From contig NC_092013.1 of NCBI RefSeq assembly GCF_042242105.1, positions 6,944,001 to 7,008,000 on the forward strand: a stretch of 64,000 nucleotides of DNA, in the 5' to 3' direction. Below are positions 39,642-53,410 of the stretch, one piece after another; positions within the stretch are counted from its first letter, which is position 1, and each line of letters opens with the position of its first letter. The position numbers and the translations under genes were made by a program. The notes under the pieces were generated by a model. The model saw nothing but the letters and a program-made list of their open reading frames with translations. It was not told the DNA's origin and made no database searches. The stretch comes from Pempheris klunzingeri. Taxonomy: Eukaryota.

Positions 39642-42600
39642 TATGACACTATATTACTGCATTTCTCCTTAAACTGTATCTCTTATTATATTATACTGTA
39701 CTATATTGTACTATTTTGTGTAATTATGTTATATACTATATTATATTTCCATTACATTTCTACATTAATATAGACAAACAGTAAGTATCATCACTTCATC
39801 ACATTTGTCTGCTGTTTACATTTACAAAGACTTACTGAGTCTGCAGCTATTAATCACTGTCGCTGTCACTTAGCTGTGATTTTGTCTTTAATTGCTCTTG
39901 TGTACTTCCATTCTTATTTTAGTTTTAGTTTCTCTTAGTCTAGTTTTATACACCTCTTATTCATTCATATTTTACTCACTATTTCTTATCTTATCTTAAT
40001 TATTATTTGACTATATTTCTGGAAGTCGTGCACTCAGTTGTATTGTCATTAATCAGTTTCATGCTCTCAGATGTCTGTTTTAACTTTTAAAGTAAATAAA
40101 GTTCATTAAAACTTTTACATGAAACACTTTGTTTCTGTGGTGCTACCAAAAGTCAGTTCCCTCAGGGAAGGAATTATTGCTCAAACTCATTTAGTGCATG
40201 TTTTAGTGATTACATTCATATTGTAGGTATAATAGTTCTTGACAGGTAAAAAATGCAAATGCAAAAGCAAGTTTCTCTCTTCCACATTTTGACACCTGAC
40301 ACTTAAGTGACATAACTGACATACAAAGATCTTGTGGGAGGCTCACATTCACTGTACAAGTACTCCCAGAAGTGATTATTTAGTTTTATAAGTGAAAAGT
40401 CTGTCACCATAATGTCTAAGTTGTTTCATATAAGTACGTTGAAGTAGACAGAATTTCCTTCCTTACAAATCAACTAGAACTCAAACATGTAGAATAACAG
40501 ACATTATTAATGCCAAAACAACAAATACTGATCATGAAAGCATTAAAGTATAAATCATCATTATAGCAACTGTCTTGGTCATAAAAATAAATGTTAAAGC
40601 ACCTTTCTGACTCAAAGTTTGGACAAAACACAAGTTTGCATAAAAACTGGCCAACAGCAGAGGAGAGGGTGGTGGTGGGAGGGGCAGAGGAGGGACGACA
40701 AATATTTGCAGGGCAGCTGAGTGACACTGATAGTGAATAAATCCCTGACAGGCACAATTCAGCCCCATAGTGGTGCAGAACATCGCAGCTTACGTCAACA
40801 GCAGAAAATTTGTTAGCAAATTTGACTGCTGGTTAAAATAGAAAACGCCCTGTGAGATGACGGGAGACAGGTTTGGTTGTGAGTTCCACAAAAACAAGGG
40901 AAGTAGGTGGGTGGGTGGGTGGAGGGGGGGGGTATCTCGTAATTAAATGAGGAGGCCCCGAGCCTGCCTGTCGCTTCACATCAGCTGACACATTCACACT
41001 GCCAAACTTCCACTGAGTGACACCCTGATGACAGATTCTGGATGTGAGCCGTGCCCGTGAGGCTATCCAGCCAACTTTTAATTCTTACTCCTTCCCTGTG
41101 ATAAGCAACCTCAAGACAGTCAAAGCGACTTGGAAAGCTGGATTTCAATACTCATCAAACAGCCTGTGAATATCGGGAGCTTCGACAAAGTGTGTTTCGG
41201 GCGCTGCTCCATGATGCCTCTGCAGCGAGGAAGCTTTTGGGGTAACTGAGTTATTCAAACAGGCAGCTCAGGTTACCAATTGCACTCAGGAGAGCAGAGA
41301 GCAATATCTGGCACTTACCACACCACCTGGCCCCATATACTGAGTGTGTGTGTGTGAGAGAGATAGGAAGTATGTGTGTCTCAGAGAGGTAGGGGGGGAC
41401 TGTGTACTTTTGATTGTGAAAGATAAAGACATTTGCGTGTGTTATGCGAATAAAAGAGCAGCTGAATTTCAGTACTCGCCAGGAAATTTCCCCTGAGTCT
41501 ATCACACCACCCAGCTTTCAGTTGCTTTCAAAAGCCCACTGTCTGCCATTTGAAATGGTTGGTTTGGCTATAGTACTACGAAGAGATTAGCCTCACTTAC
41601 CATGTGAAAGGCCTGTGGACAAAGCCACTCCCTATCTCACACTTAAACACTAACACATTGATTAGCCCTGAGTTTGTGCGGTTCACATCCGTCCAGTTCC
41701 ACTTCAGGCCTACTGTATGTTCTCATGGGAATATTTTCACGGGGTATGAAACACATCAGTCTGAGTACAAAGTTAGCTTTGTGCAAACCAGGATCAAACG
41801 ACAGCTAATGATATGGGCAGTCAATTCCTTTGCATTATAACACAGTCAAAATAAAGATACAGCAGCGTAAAGATGCTTAAATAAAATGCTTTTTTTCAAC
41901 ACTCTCACCTACAGAGAACAACCAAAAGTTGGTCTGTGCTGCTCAGCAATGTTTTTTTTTTTTTTAAAGAGCCAGATTAATCTGGGCTGTCATGATTTGA
42001 CTAGACAGTGCACAGGCCGAGTAGCTGGGCTGAAAGCACAGAGAATATTAAATAAATTTACACATGGCTGTTGGGTGGTTTGCTGCTGTTTTGCTCTCAA
42101 TTTGCTTTTTTTTTTTTTTAACTCATGTACTATTTATGGGCCTGTGTTTGGCAAGAAGAACAAACATTTTAAGTGAGCAGAGAAATACAAGAACTGACTG
42201 ATCAGAGAGAAAAGAGTCCCAGTTGTTCTTAAAAACACACGAACAGGATGCACTAACCTGTATTTGTGTAGACGCGTGTGTGTATAATTCTGCGCAAACA
42301 AACTCATACGACTAAGCAGGGATGTGTGCATTAGTACAGTGCACCCATACATGCGAAACAAAGAAACACAGATCCAGAAACGGATTCTAAATAAAAACAA
42401 AACACAAAAGGCTGCATTCATGGGGAGATGATATTAAAATGACCTCAGCATCATGCATTGAAGCTATGCCGTGGTTCCAGACATTAACGGTTAAAAAAAG
42501 ATCACATATCAAGAGCTCTAAAAAGAAACAAAAAAGCTCTATGTTTTAATTCTCCCTGAAAGATGAAGAGTTTGCCCTCACCAGTAATCAATGCCGTCTC

Positions 42601-43350
42601 TTTCACTGGCCATGAAACTCGATCCTCCTTACTTAAGAGCAAAAAAAATAAAATAATCTGATCTGTACCAATTAGATGAAGCTAATCAGATCGGAGCCAG
42701 CGGGTGAAGTGCAGGTTTGGTGGCCTTGTAACCTGAGGTGGCCCAGCTCCTGCTAAACAGGTAATGAGCCATTAATTGGCTAACAACAAGATGGCTGACT
42801 GTTAGGTAGCATGGTTACAGGATATCATCTGGCTAAACCCGTCTGATCTGTTTGTACAGTCGCTCCGATCCCATTTCAGCTCTCAGGATCCTGAACCATT
42901 ATGGAGCCGTTCCATCTGTGCACACCGCCGCCAGACCAGGGCGCACAGACACTTCTAGAAATACTAGTTTGAAGCTGAAGCATACTGCTATCTTAAATGC
43001 TATAATGTGCTCCGTTCCTCTGCGTTGAGATTTAAAACAATGTTAAATACCTGTTTAATACCTGCTGGCAAACCCTTTTCTGATTTCTGCGACAAGATGA
43101 TTTCCAGTATTTGTTTTCGTGTTGCCTTAACGTGCTTACTTAACGTGCTGTTATAAGAGGAAAACAGTGTCCACCATGATGAAGAAGTTCCCCTTAAGGT
43201 TTGGAAACCATTGCAAGTAAATCCAACCTAATATATATTCCTGATTGAATGCTTTTGGTAGTGCAAATCTGAATAATCACATTTGAGTTCTTCCTCGTTA
43301 GTCTCAGGCTCCCTTCACCTTCACTGTTTAGTCCACACCAAAGGAAGATG

Positions 43351-43769
43351 CTATTTGCACCCAGGTGTCAGTAGTCAACAACAGCATCAACACCTGGTGT
43401 ATGTTGGAAAGAAGATATCTTGTGTTTAATGTACTCTGCCTTTTATATTTGTATTTCACTCATTATGTTAACCCAAACCATAAACCATGACCTAACCGAG
43501 TAGTGCCCATACCTAACCAACCTGCGGCTGAAAAATGATAATAAGAATAAAAGAAAACTGAAATACATAAGTTAACAAATTAATATACTTCACTATTGGT
43601 CTCACGCAGGATTTGAATCCTATTCACCTGTGTGAAAGTCCTGTGACTATAATATTTAGCCACCACACCCACATTAATCTGAATAGGAATTTATCATTGT
43701 ATATACTGCAGGCTGGGTGCAAATAGACAACAGCTGTCTGGTCATTTGCACCCCAGTACAAATAGACAA
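43351..43769. mobile_element. Short inverted-repeat element with an internal tRNA-like module
   Basis: Perfect 14-bp inverted pair CTATTTGCACCCAG (43351-43364) and CTGGGTGCAAATAG (43713-43726). Further partial copies at 43744-43769 and internal CCTAACC repeats. Confidence 0.65.
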
Positions 43770-44279
43770 TCTGTGTATCATCTCTTATCAACTTTCAGTG
43801 GAAACACAATATTGTGTTATTATCTCATACATAAAATGAGTCCATGCTAATTGTATTTGTTTCACATGTATGAAAAGTTCTGTGCCAAAACATCAGTAAA
43901 TTTTATTTTGCATGCAAGAAATCTGATGCATTAATGTAACAATAGCTGCCATTATAGATGATAAATGCAACGTAGCCAGTAAATCCTTTAAATGTATCTT
44001 AATATGAACAAACAACAAAAATTGAAAAGCTCTCATGGACTGATTTTTAACTTATTTGTAACATGTTGCGGATTATTAATGTTCAATATAACAAAACAAA
44101 ACACAGGATCACATCTCAACACATGGGATCATTAAGAAAAGGCACTGATCATACAGTAACATGAGGAGATATCATTAGAAGTCATTAGAAGATTGAGCCG
44201 CCTGAGATTGGCGGAGGTGAGAGTGTTTATGCATTTGAACATATCTAAAACAGCAATATGTTAAGAAAGGTAATGTGAG

Positions 44280-44860
44280 TTACACATTTTCCACCTTAAT
44301 TACTCATTTAGAGTGTATTTCAGTTGTGGGAAACCTTAAGAGACTCTGGAGACTTGTTCTTTAAATCACTGCAACCTTATAGGCAGGCTCATTGGCCATG
44401 ATTTAATGTGCATCTTTTCATAGACCTCAATTATCAATTAACTGTAAGTGTACACCACTGGGAATATCCTTAGTCGTGTCCGCCACATTAACATCCATTA
44501 GAAGTGAATCACCTGCTTGTGCTAGAGCTCCTCAGTTTCTGAATGTCTTCCTCTGGGCCTCCATCTGTCATAGTGGAGAGAAAACGACTGGTAAAAGAAG
44601 AATTTGCAATTTTAAGGTGCTCACAAATCTCACCATTAACCGTTTGGATCACGGTGGATGTGCGGCAAGCCTGAAGACTGATTCCTCTCATTACCAACAT
44701 GGCAGGAGAAATGAAAATACAGCAGGTACGGGACCTGATTATGTGTTAAAACACATACTGGAGGTGAAAATGCAAGTACACCCAAGATCTTCATCATTAA
44801 AAACAGAAGTGCACCATACCATGAAGCTCTTCTGAGCCAATTAGAGGCTGAGGTTTTATG
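44280..44860 (+). mobile_element. Possible highly decayed LINE (L2/CR1-type) fragment
   Basis: Frameshifted traces resembling endonuclease GDFNVH (~44390-44413) and RT DHxxLLSxLE (HEALLSQLE, ~44820-44846), in the expected order. Judged by eye only. Confidence 0.25.
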
Positions 44861-46049
44861 TTGTATATAATTGCTATCAAAAGCAATAATGACTTTGATG
44901 TCACATAAATGGAGCAACATGATTAGAAGCATGTTGTGCTACAAAGCGCACCTCATAAGGCGTTGCACTTCAAACGTAACTATTAATTTCCTCAGTGCTG
45001 TGTGTTGAGTCAGGCATGCTGACAGTAGGACACTTCATGCTAAGCTAGTTAGCAGCTCTGCTTTAACTTCCCCAGCTCACCTGTTTTAGGAAGCTTGAAA
45101 GACGGAACCTGGATATTTGGTGCAGTGCCCAATCATAATTAAAATCTATGTGAGGTGAACTGAACCTAATTAGTAACAAACAGCCTCTTTGTGTCGTCTC
45201 TGCTGCCATCAAACACTTAATGTGGCCTTTCTTTCCCGGCCTCTGATGTGTGCGCTTTCTGGTGTGCATGGTAGGGAGACCGGCAAACACCAGCCTTTTG
45301 ATTAAATGTGACACACTACATTATGATCAAAATTACAGGAATTTGTGTTGTGACTTTCTTTTGATATTGGCTTTTTTCCCCACCTTGCAGGCATGACATT
45401 TGGAGGACAATGAGGAAGGACGGAGAACGAGGAGTGAAGACAAGGGAGCTTTGATGTTTTTAAATGTACAACTCATAGCCGCTATTGTAGATGCCCTTCA
45501 AAGCCGACATTACGTGAAAAATGAAATCGCATTCCCCATCATGTCGTGCATTTATTTAACAAAACGTGCTCAAAAAAATACATAAAGTCCACTTCTTTTC
45601 TTAGATCAAAACCCAAATATATTTTCTCCATGTAAAACAAAATGAGATGTGCTTGTGTAAGCTTGAATCAACCTGTTTCAACCAATCATATCGTGACACC
45701 CACCCATCAATGAGCCTTCAGATTCAAACCCACTCGCATCCACTTTCAACAATAAAATCAAAATCTTCCCAATGTCATGTCCCACCTGTTTACCCCGTTA
45801 CATCACGATACAGAAGTTTTATACTTCATCTGGACTTTAAGCATGTGTGGGCTTGAAACAATAATATATCTTATGATTTAATAAACACCACAAGGCTATC
45901 CTCCTCCACCAAGTCAGAAAATAAATACATAGCCTACACCACATTCCACAGCAGTGTGGTTTAATATGGACTGACGTCTTATTGAGATCCTTCCACAGAA
46001 CAGCGTTTCTGTTACTGTTGTCCTGTTAGTTGACGGCTAGATTTGGTTC

Positions 46050-46432
46050 TAGCACCACCAGCAGGTAGAAAGTTTTGGTGTGGAGTGAAATATCGCCACA
46101 GCTATTGGGTGGATTTCCATGAGAGTCAGTACAGATAATTATGGTGGCCTTGGTGATCCTATGACTTTATCTCTATTGGATCATCCAGCCACAAATCCAT
46201 TACTTTATGATTTAAGACCTGCAAAGATGATATTCAGTCAGCCTCGTTAGGAAACGTTAGCAAGCTGACAAACCAAACTAAATGATAAACAAGGTAAATG
46301 TATACCTGCTCAATACCAGCATGCTACTGCAGCTTTGTCATTGAGGGCATGTTAGCATGTCGGTGTTAGCGTTTATCTCATAGCACCGGTGCAGCCTCAC
46401 AGAGCTGCTAGCATGGCTGAAGGCTTGTCTTG
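46050..46432 (+). mobile_element. Common teleost interspersed repeat (family not assigned)
   Basis: Contains GCATGTTAGCATG repeats and the end CAGCCTCACAGAGCTGCTAGCATGGCTG, which I recognise from abundant percomorph repeats. Confidence 0.6.
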
Positions 46433-49400
46433 TGTATTTACGATGGTGGAGGAGAGCTTAGATTTGTTTAAAGGAGACGTCATGTTTTATCAGGTGGAGA
46501 ATGGATGCTGGAGATATTTAAGCTATAAAATATTCCTAATGTTTTAAGAATTCTGAAGCAGGTTATGATCAAATCCCTGATTTGTCCTTGAATCCACAGA
46601 TCTCTCTGTATGGTTTCAGACACATAAGAAGAGTTTCATCATCAGTGCAGGTCTTGGATCAGCTCAGCCTTTTACATCAGGATGAATGAGCCAGTTAAGG
46701 GACCTGCTTAGTGATCATAAATCAGCGCTTTTACTCTGGAAGACTTGATACATTTTGGTCCAGACCTTTTCCTGGGTGCCCATGGGAGACAGTGTGTCAA
46801 AACATCTACTTCTAATGACTGCCTACTTTGTCTAGCTCATTTTAAACTGGGAGCCTTATGCCAAGCTTTAGCCCATGCCAGGTTTTAGGTCTCAGTGACA
46901 GTAACAGTTTTAGTCATATCTTGGCAGGTATGCTTATGCTGTGGGTTTCTCTAAGGAGGAAGTTTGGGGTTTGGCTGGTGTTATATTAACAGGGTCTGTC
47001 ATCTCAGCTGAGCCCAGAGCTGAAATCAGATCTCACACACCTCTCTGCCTAACAGTGATGGATCGTGTTGCCTCTTATCCACTGAGAACGTGCAAAACAC
47101 TAAAACAAAACACAAATTAGAGTCCATAACTAAAACGTCGTACGCGTGTCAAATGACTTGTTTTCAGGTGTAAAATGGAGAATGTTTGCCACAAGGTGCT
47201 GCTGATGCCGTTTGCCCTTTTGGAGTTCTCACTGAGCAACAAAAACAGTTAATGTCACAACGCCTTTTCCCTCAAATTACCTGCAGTTTCATCATCTCCC
47301 AGCAGCTGAAGGTTTTGTCATCGACAGTGTCACGCTACACACAGTTGCTGTGCCTTTTAGCTCTCTACTGTAAAGCTTGGTCCCATCTTGTCCTTGACAG
47401 AGGAGCTTGTCACCCTCACACAGTAATTATACCAGAGCTGACGTCTCCGCTTTCCATTGAATTATTGAAAAGGTGGAGAGGACACAAGATCCCATGTAGT
47501 GAGAGACAGCTCTGTTCACATCCCAGTGGCCCTGGGCTAAAAAATCCAAAATGAACGCTGTTGCACAGAAACAGCCTGACCAGCTGAGGTCACCTGAAAT
47601 ATCAATCAATATTATATTAACAATAACACATCATTTTTTAAGTCTCACTGTATTAGACACAATTTGGATTACTGCTTGTCGGATAGATGCCGAACAACAT
47701 GTGTAACAAACTGAGAAATGAGAACAAGAGTTTTCATTTATGCACACAAGCTTCTTTGTATACATGCAGGACTCGCATGAAAGAGTGCCAGCTTATGCAG
47801 GATGTGTTTTTTACCCCTTTGGCAACTTTAAACCACAGAAGCATAAGTGATTTCTAATCTGTGGTGCCAGCAGAAATACTGGCCGCTTGAAAACAGCTCA
47901 ACAACAGCTGTAACACAATAAATATGAGCCACGGTGAAATACGATGGGCATTCCTGTCCTTTCGGGGTTGATAATGCAAATGTCAGTACAGCAGACTTCT
48001 GCTGTCTGACTCCCCCCAGACTAGTGTTTGCATTACACAGGAAATCCTTCAAGCCTATGCTTGTGCAGGTATATATTTCGTGAAATGCACAGTTACCAGC
48101 CTGAGCAGGAGTGGCTGCACACTCTGTTTCATTTGTCAGAGGAAATTTGCTTCACCATATATGGGACTTGTTTTTATTGTAAGCTGGTGTCACTGCCAGC
48201 TTGTTATTGTAGCTCCAGAGTTTGGCTCCTGATTGCATAAATGAGTCTTCTATTTTCCACTTCTGCACAAGTCACAGAAATACTGTAGAATGTGCTCTCT
48301 AAAGGAGTGGGTTTTCCCCTCAGGTGACTGGAGGTGGCTTGAATTTTAAACCAGTGGAAAGAATTAACTAAGACATGATGGTGTGAGTGAACAACCCTGG
48401 CAAGAAAACAAAATTTGTTTTTAGAGACGCATTACAGTAGAAACCACAGGGGGGGGAAAAAATACCCTTTCACCTTGTTCCTGTTTATAACTCACCTCCT
48501 CACTTCTTAGTTACCATGACGGTTATAGATCATACAGAACCTCTGCTCTGTGTGTCACATTTCAAGCGGATGTTGTGCTTATGAAGATGTAGACTGAAGG
48601 TAAATTGAATCACTCAGAGATTGTCTGGACAAATAGACCCGCGGTGGCATATTTGGACTCCTAGGATGAACTTGTGTTTGACAAGTGGCTCTAGAGAAGT
48701 GACATTTGAGCTAATGAATATAAAACACAATGAGGCGTTTTGGCATTGTATTCTACGCAACACCATATCAACTGACATGTCCGAAACACTCAATCAGCGC
48801 TGCTCATTTCAGTGTTTCTCACATCCAGCTTTAAATGACACATTTTAGGAGTGGAGCCAAGGAGGTGAGGGAATGATGCCTTCGCTCCTGTCTGAAGCTC
48901 CTCATATACGATGGGGGTGGATTTGTGGAAGTTATTCCATATTTTTATGATCTGCTACATGTCATGCAGTTGTGTTTCATGTCAATGGCACATAAGGCCA
49001 GAAGCAACTTATCCAATGGTACATTAAGACTGGTTAGTTGGAACTAGAGGTAAAAAAGGTAAAATCCGCACACATCTGTAGTCGTTACAGTCCGATATGA
49101 TTTTTCTGCAATAGAAACACACTGAGCACAATGTTCAGTTAGTGTTTTGAGCTAATTTTCTGGGTCAAGCATACAAAAAAAATCCTTTTATTCAGAAAGC
49201 AGCAAAAGTAATAACTTTTATTGCCTCGAGTTCTTCCAGAAAGTTTTCAGTCAATCCCAAAATGAGATCACACAAATGTCATAGTTGCTGCAGACATGGA
49301 CCGCATCCTTCACACTACCTAGATTAGACCTTTTCAGCCTTATTGTACCAGTCAAAATCTGGACATTTTTAATTACTATATAAAAAAAAATCTAAACATT

Positions 49401-50444
49401 GTGGATATCTAGAGACTACTGTCTGGAAGAGATCATTCTTTTTTCACTCCAGTGCACAAGTCTCCCAAGATGCACAGGAGCCTCCGTTTTCTACACGTTT
49501 TAAAGGCTCATGTCCCATCACACGAGCAGAAACTTCACCAAGCTGGTTTAAGTGGTCTCCTGACAATCAAACCATATATGGACTAGTAAAGATCTGCTGT
49601 GTCTGATTTTTACAGCGTTCTACAAAATAGAATCAGTCCATCATCAAATTCATTTAGGGAAGACTGGAAGAAAAAAGTGGGTACTGAAATTACAGACCAA
49701 GTGTGAAAACCCTGTATTGAAAATATTCATAACTCAATGAATGCTAGGAACACTCTGATGCAATTCAAATCTGCGTTTATCTCCCATTAGATTACATAAT
49801 ACTCAAAGATCCTCATCCTCAATGCTCATCCCTCTATAAGGAACTCTTTCACATCAGTTCTCACAGTGTCGTAAGTTGCAAGCTTTTTATAAGGATTTTC
49901 TCTGCATCGCTAGCCACATTATTTGGGGTGGTTATGGCTGTTTGAGTGACAGGTATGAAGCTTCTGTCTTTACGCACCGTTAGCTTTGATATGTTTGACA
50001 TGTGGCTGAAGGAATTAGGAAATGCCCAACAGAGAGAGGCACTTTCAAAAAAATCTGGCAACCTGTCGTTAGTCTGATTAAAAAAAATACCCTTAAACAT
50101 GACTGTGTCATATGTCAGCACCTTGTGACTTATGTGATTAATTATATATAACTTTACCTCTTGTGTTGCTGCCAATTTCTGTCGTTTCTTTCGTTGTTGT
50201 GCTTTTTCCTTTTGTTTCTGCTGTTCAAAATCAATAAACCAATGTTAAAAAAAGACACATTTTATGGTTCAGAGAACCTTGTTTTCCTTCTTCTGAGGGG
50301 GTCACACAATGTTAAACTCAGTGTTTCTTATGTAATCCCGACAAGGGAGTTTACATAATCTGCTCTATGGTGAGACCTTAAGGTTTCTGTAGGACTGTGC
50401 TTGAGGACTTGATGTTTACCTGAAAAATGTTGCAGTATTTTTGT

Positions 50445-50446
<2 letters not shown>

Positions 50447-50478
<32 letters not shown>
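50447..50478. repeat. (AC)n microsatellite
   Basis: Seen directly. Confidence 0.95.
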
Positions 50479-50481
<3 letters not shown>

Positions 50482-50942
50482 TAGATACACACACAAAGAT
50501 CTTTTTTTCCTCCTTTTCACTCTGAGCTGTCTTCCACACAGGAACCCATTACAGAGAGAAAAGGTGACATGTAGGAGTAGAGCAGGATGGCCGGCCTCAG
50601 TTCAGTGCCTCCATCTCCACCCCTGACAGAGCAGTGAATGGCCCTCACTCACAGATGTCCTGGACTCAGTCAGCCAAGCACAGCTCAAACCGGGAAAACA
50701 ACACGCTATGCTAGGATGCTAAGATGCGTCTGGCAGTGCAATTTTCCTCCTGGAGGAGATAGAGGGACGGGCAGTTATTTAAATGCTAAACAATGCGACC
50801 TGTTGCTGTAACTCCAGACAGCTTACTGATGACTTCCTGGTTGCATCGGTCATACGGGAGGCTATATGAGGAAAGTAGGGAAGTCCTCTGAGGTTACAGG
50901 GCTGGTGGTGTCTGCACAGGGTCATTCTATTGATTTAGTGCA

Positions 50943-51325
50943 TGTAACCCAACATTAGGGTGTGAATCTACTGGATGGACTTCAGTAGTTTGATCGCTAC
51001 ACCTCTGGTTTTGTTTTATGGTTTCCTGTTTAATTTTGTAGTATTATATAGTATAGTATTATATTTTTGTAGTTTTGTTTTACTGTCGGCTCTTGTGTGT
51101 TTTCCAGTCCTTCTGATTGTTTGTATTCGATCCTTGTTTGATTCATCTGTCTTCATTTACTTTGTGAGCCTTCTCTTCATATACTTGCCCTGATCCTTGG
51201 GTCTTTGTCTGTTTGTCTTCTGTGTAGGGTTGTTTTTTGTCCTCACGGGCTGATTATAAGGTTTTTCCTTATTAAGGAATGCGTCTGCATTTGGGTCCTT
51301 TCTTTTTCTGCCACACATTTTGACA
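50943..51325 (+). mobile_element. Probable degenerate solo LTR
   Basis: TG...CA ends (TGTAAC...TGACA), a T-rich body, a degenerate polyA-signal-like TTATTAA, and GTCTGCATTTGGGTCC near the 3' end as in fish LTRs I recall. No clear TSD; 5' end uncertain. Confidence 0.5.
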
Positions 51326-53386
51326 GAGTCTGCCTGATTTTATGATATTGTCTAGAAATGCCTCTACTACAACACATGGAAAAGTAGACATTAAAAATAA
51401 AAAACCCAACAAAATCCAGCTAGAAATTGCAAACACAAGCTCCCATTTTGTGTCAAATCATCCAACATTGCTAAAACCAGCTATGAAATTGTCTCTATGA
51501 AAGACTCCTTGAAATGTGATGTTTGATCTTATTTCTTGATGTTATCTTCAACAGATATAGTAACAGCCAACCAAATCATCTCTAACTAAAACAGCATGAA
51601 TGTGGTTGATCATTAAATATAACAGCCTTCCTGCAATATAACACAGAACACAATTAATGCTGTCTGTGCACAACTTCATCATATGACAAACAGCTTGGTG
51701 CCATATGGTGGAGAAAAAAAGTGAATGTCATAAATGTAGGAAGCTTAATCAACGTAGATATATTAACAGTCCGTGGGGCCATTGGCGGATGTGACAGGTA
51801 ATAACGGGAGAAAAATGTGCGCCTTGATTCATGGGGGCCAATCATTTGAGATTTAAAGATTCCCCAACATCCCCATAACCGTTGGTATTATGTCTGACCA
51901 CAAAATTTGGGGAATCTTCCTTTTTTCAACATATTTTGTCACATGTTTAAAGAACACTGCATTAAAATGTGTCCGTTTTAAATGTGCGCTATTGGTGAAA
52001 TAGGAAAAAAAAGCAGATTTTTGTTCACAGACACTATCATTGTACATACCTGCTGCAGTACCATGTCATTAAGAGAGAAATGGTTCTCATATTAGATCCT
52101 ATGCTTTTGTTCACTCTATGTTTTAGGTGAGTGAATCCATCATCACCTGCTCTCCCTGTTTGCCATTTATTGTGTTTTGTAATATACAGTGTATGGAAAT
52201 CAATAATGACTGTGTAAAATATGTGCTGGATCACTAAATGTGCAAATGTTTGCTAACACGCTCACAGTGTTAACTTTAGAAGGTGACATGTCGATGTTGA
52301 GTTAACAGCTTGTTCCGCTGCCCCCAAGTGGCCAAAAAATCAATAAACTTACTAACATTTAGTAAACTCAAAAAAAGAAATATCTACTGCTACAAACAAA
52401 ATAGAACAACCCACAACTGTGGGTAAATAGCATATATATCATAATAATATATAGCTATAAGCTATAATAGCTATGATTAGCATTCAATTAGCATTAAGTT
52501 ATTATAAAATTGCACTTACATTTTGAGCAGAGATAAAATCATCACTATTCCTATAAATTATTCTCTTCCAACTGCTCTTAAAAAGTTTTGCAGATGTCAC
52601 CCCGGTCGTTTCATCGAGGGCACAGATCCATATTTGCAGCCAAATGTCTTTGCTCGAGGACATGGTCAGCGATAACTGCACCCACAATGCAACCTCACCA
52701 CACTTTCTCTACCAGAGGCTCCCAGGTTTCATATGGAGAGATTCACTTTAAGCCATCCAATCTGGTCAACTGACCTCAACCGGCAGCAGCAGCAATGAAA
52801 TTTACAGCGCACTGCATAGGCTGGCTTGAATTTCATTGTATTTAAAAAAGAAAATGATCATAGGAATAGATTTTGTGTGAGGTTTTGTCATTCATTCAGT
52901 GAGGTTGATGTTACTGATGCATGCAGCAAGTGTGGATTCAGCAAGGTAAGTGTATCATCGCAAGCAGCATCTTTTCCCCCCCAAGAACACCTTATCGGTG
53001 CGCAGTTATATATGTGAGCTATTGTTTGCTGCTATATGTTGTGTTTTTCAGTGCCGAGAAGAAAATAAAAGACATCATTCTGTCACTCCTTTTCTTCAGT
53101 AGACAGCAGAACGAAGAGGAACGGAAAGCAGTGGGCGTACTGAAAGGTGTACGCACAAGCCAATAGAGCTCTCTCTAAGTGCATTTACTCGGCGCGTGAA
53201 ACAGAAATGATGGCAAAATTGCTTCTCGATTCATTTGTCTAAAGTGAATGCAATTGCAATGAGCGTGACAAGCTGCAAATTGTGCAGTCCCAAATGTTAT
53301 TAAGCAATGCCGACAGGTAATCAAGACGAAGGAACTACACTGAGCTCTACTGTTAGATATTTCCATCCTATACTTCCTTTTGTTTT

Positions 53387-53410
53387 ACACACACACACAC
53401 ACACACACAC
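53387..53410. repeat. (AC)n microsatellite
   Basis: Seen directly. Confidence 0.9.

Noticed and set aside
41900..42660. U-rich minus-strand stretch resembling a 3' UTR of an upstream gene
   Set aside because: No convincing acceptor, coding remnant or minus-strand polyA signal was found.
43598..43670. Functional tRNA-Glu gene
   Set aside because: Acceptor and D stems do not pair convincingly and it is embedded in a repeat; treated as tRNA-derived.
46560..46860. Possible second LINE RT remnant (DLLSDH.SGF-like)
   Set aside because: Only one short degenerate motif; insufficient without a profile search.
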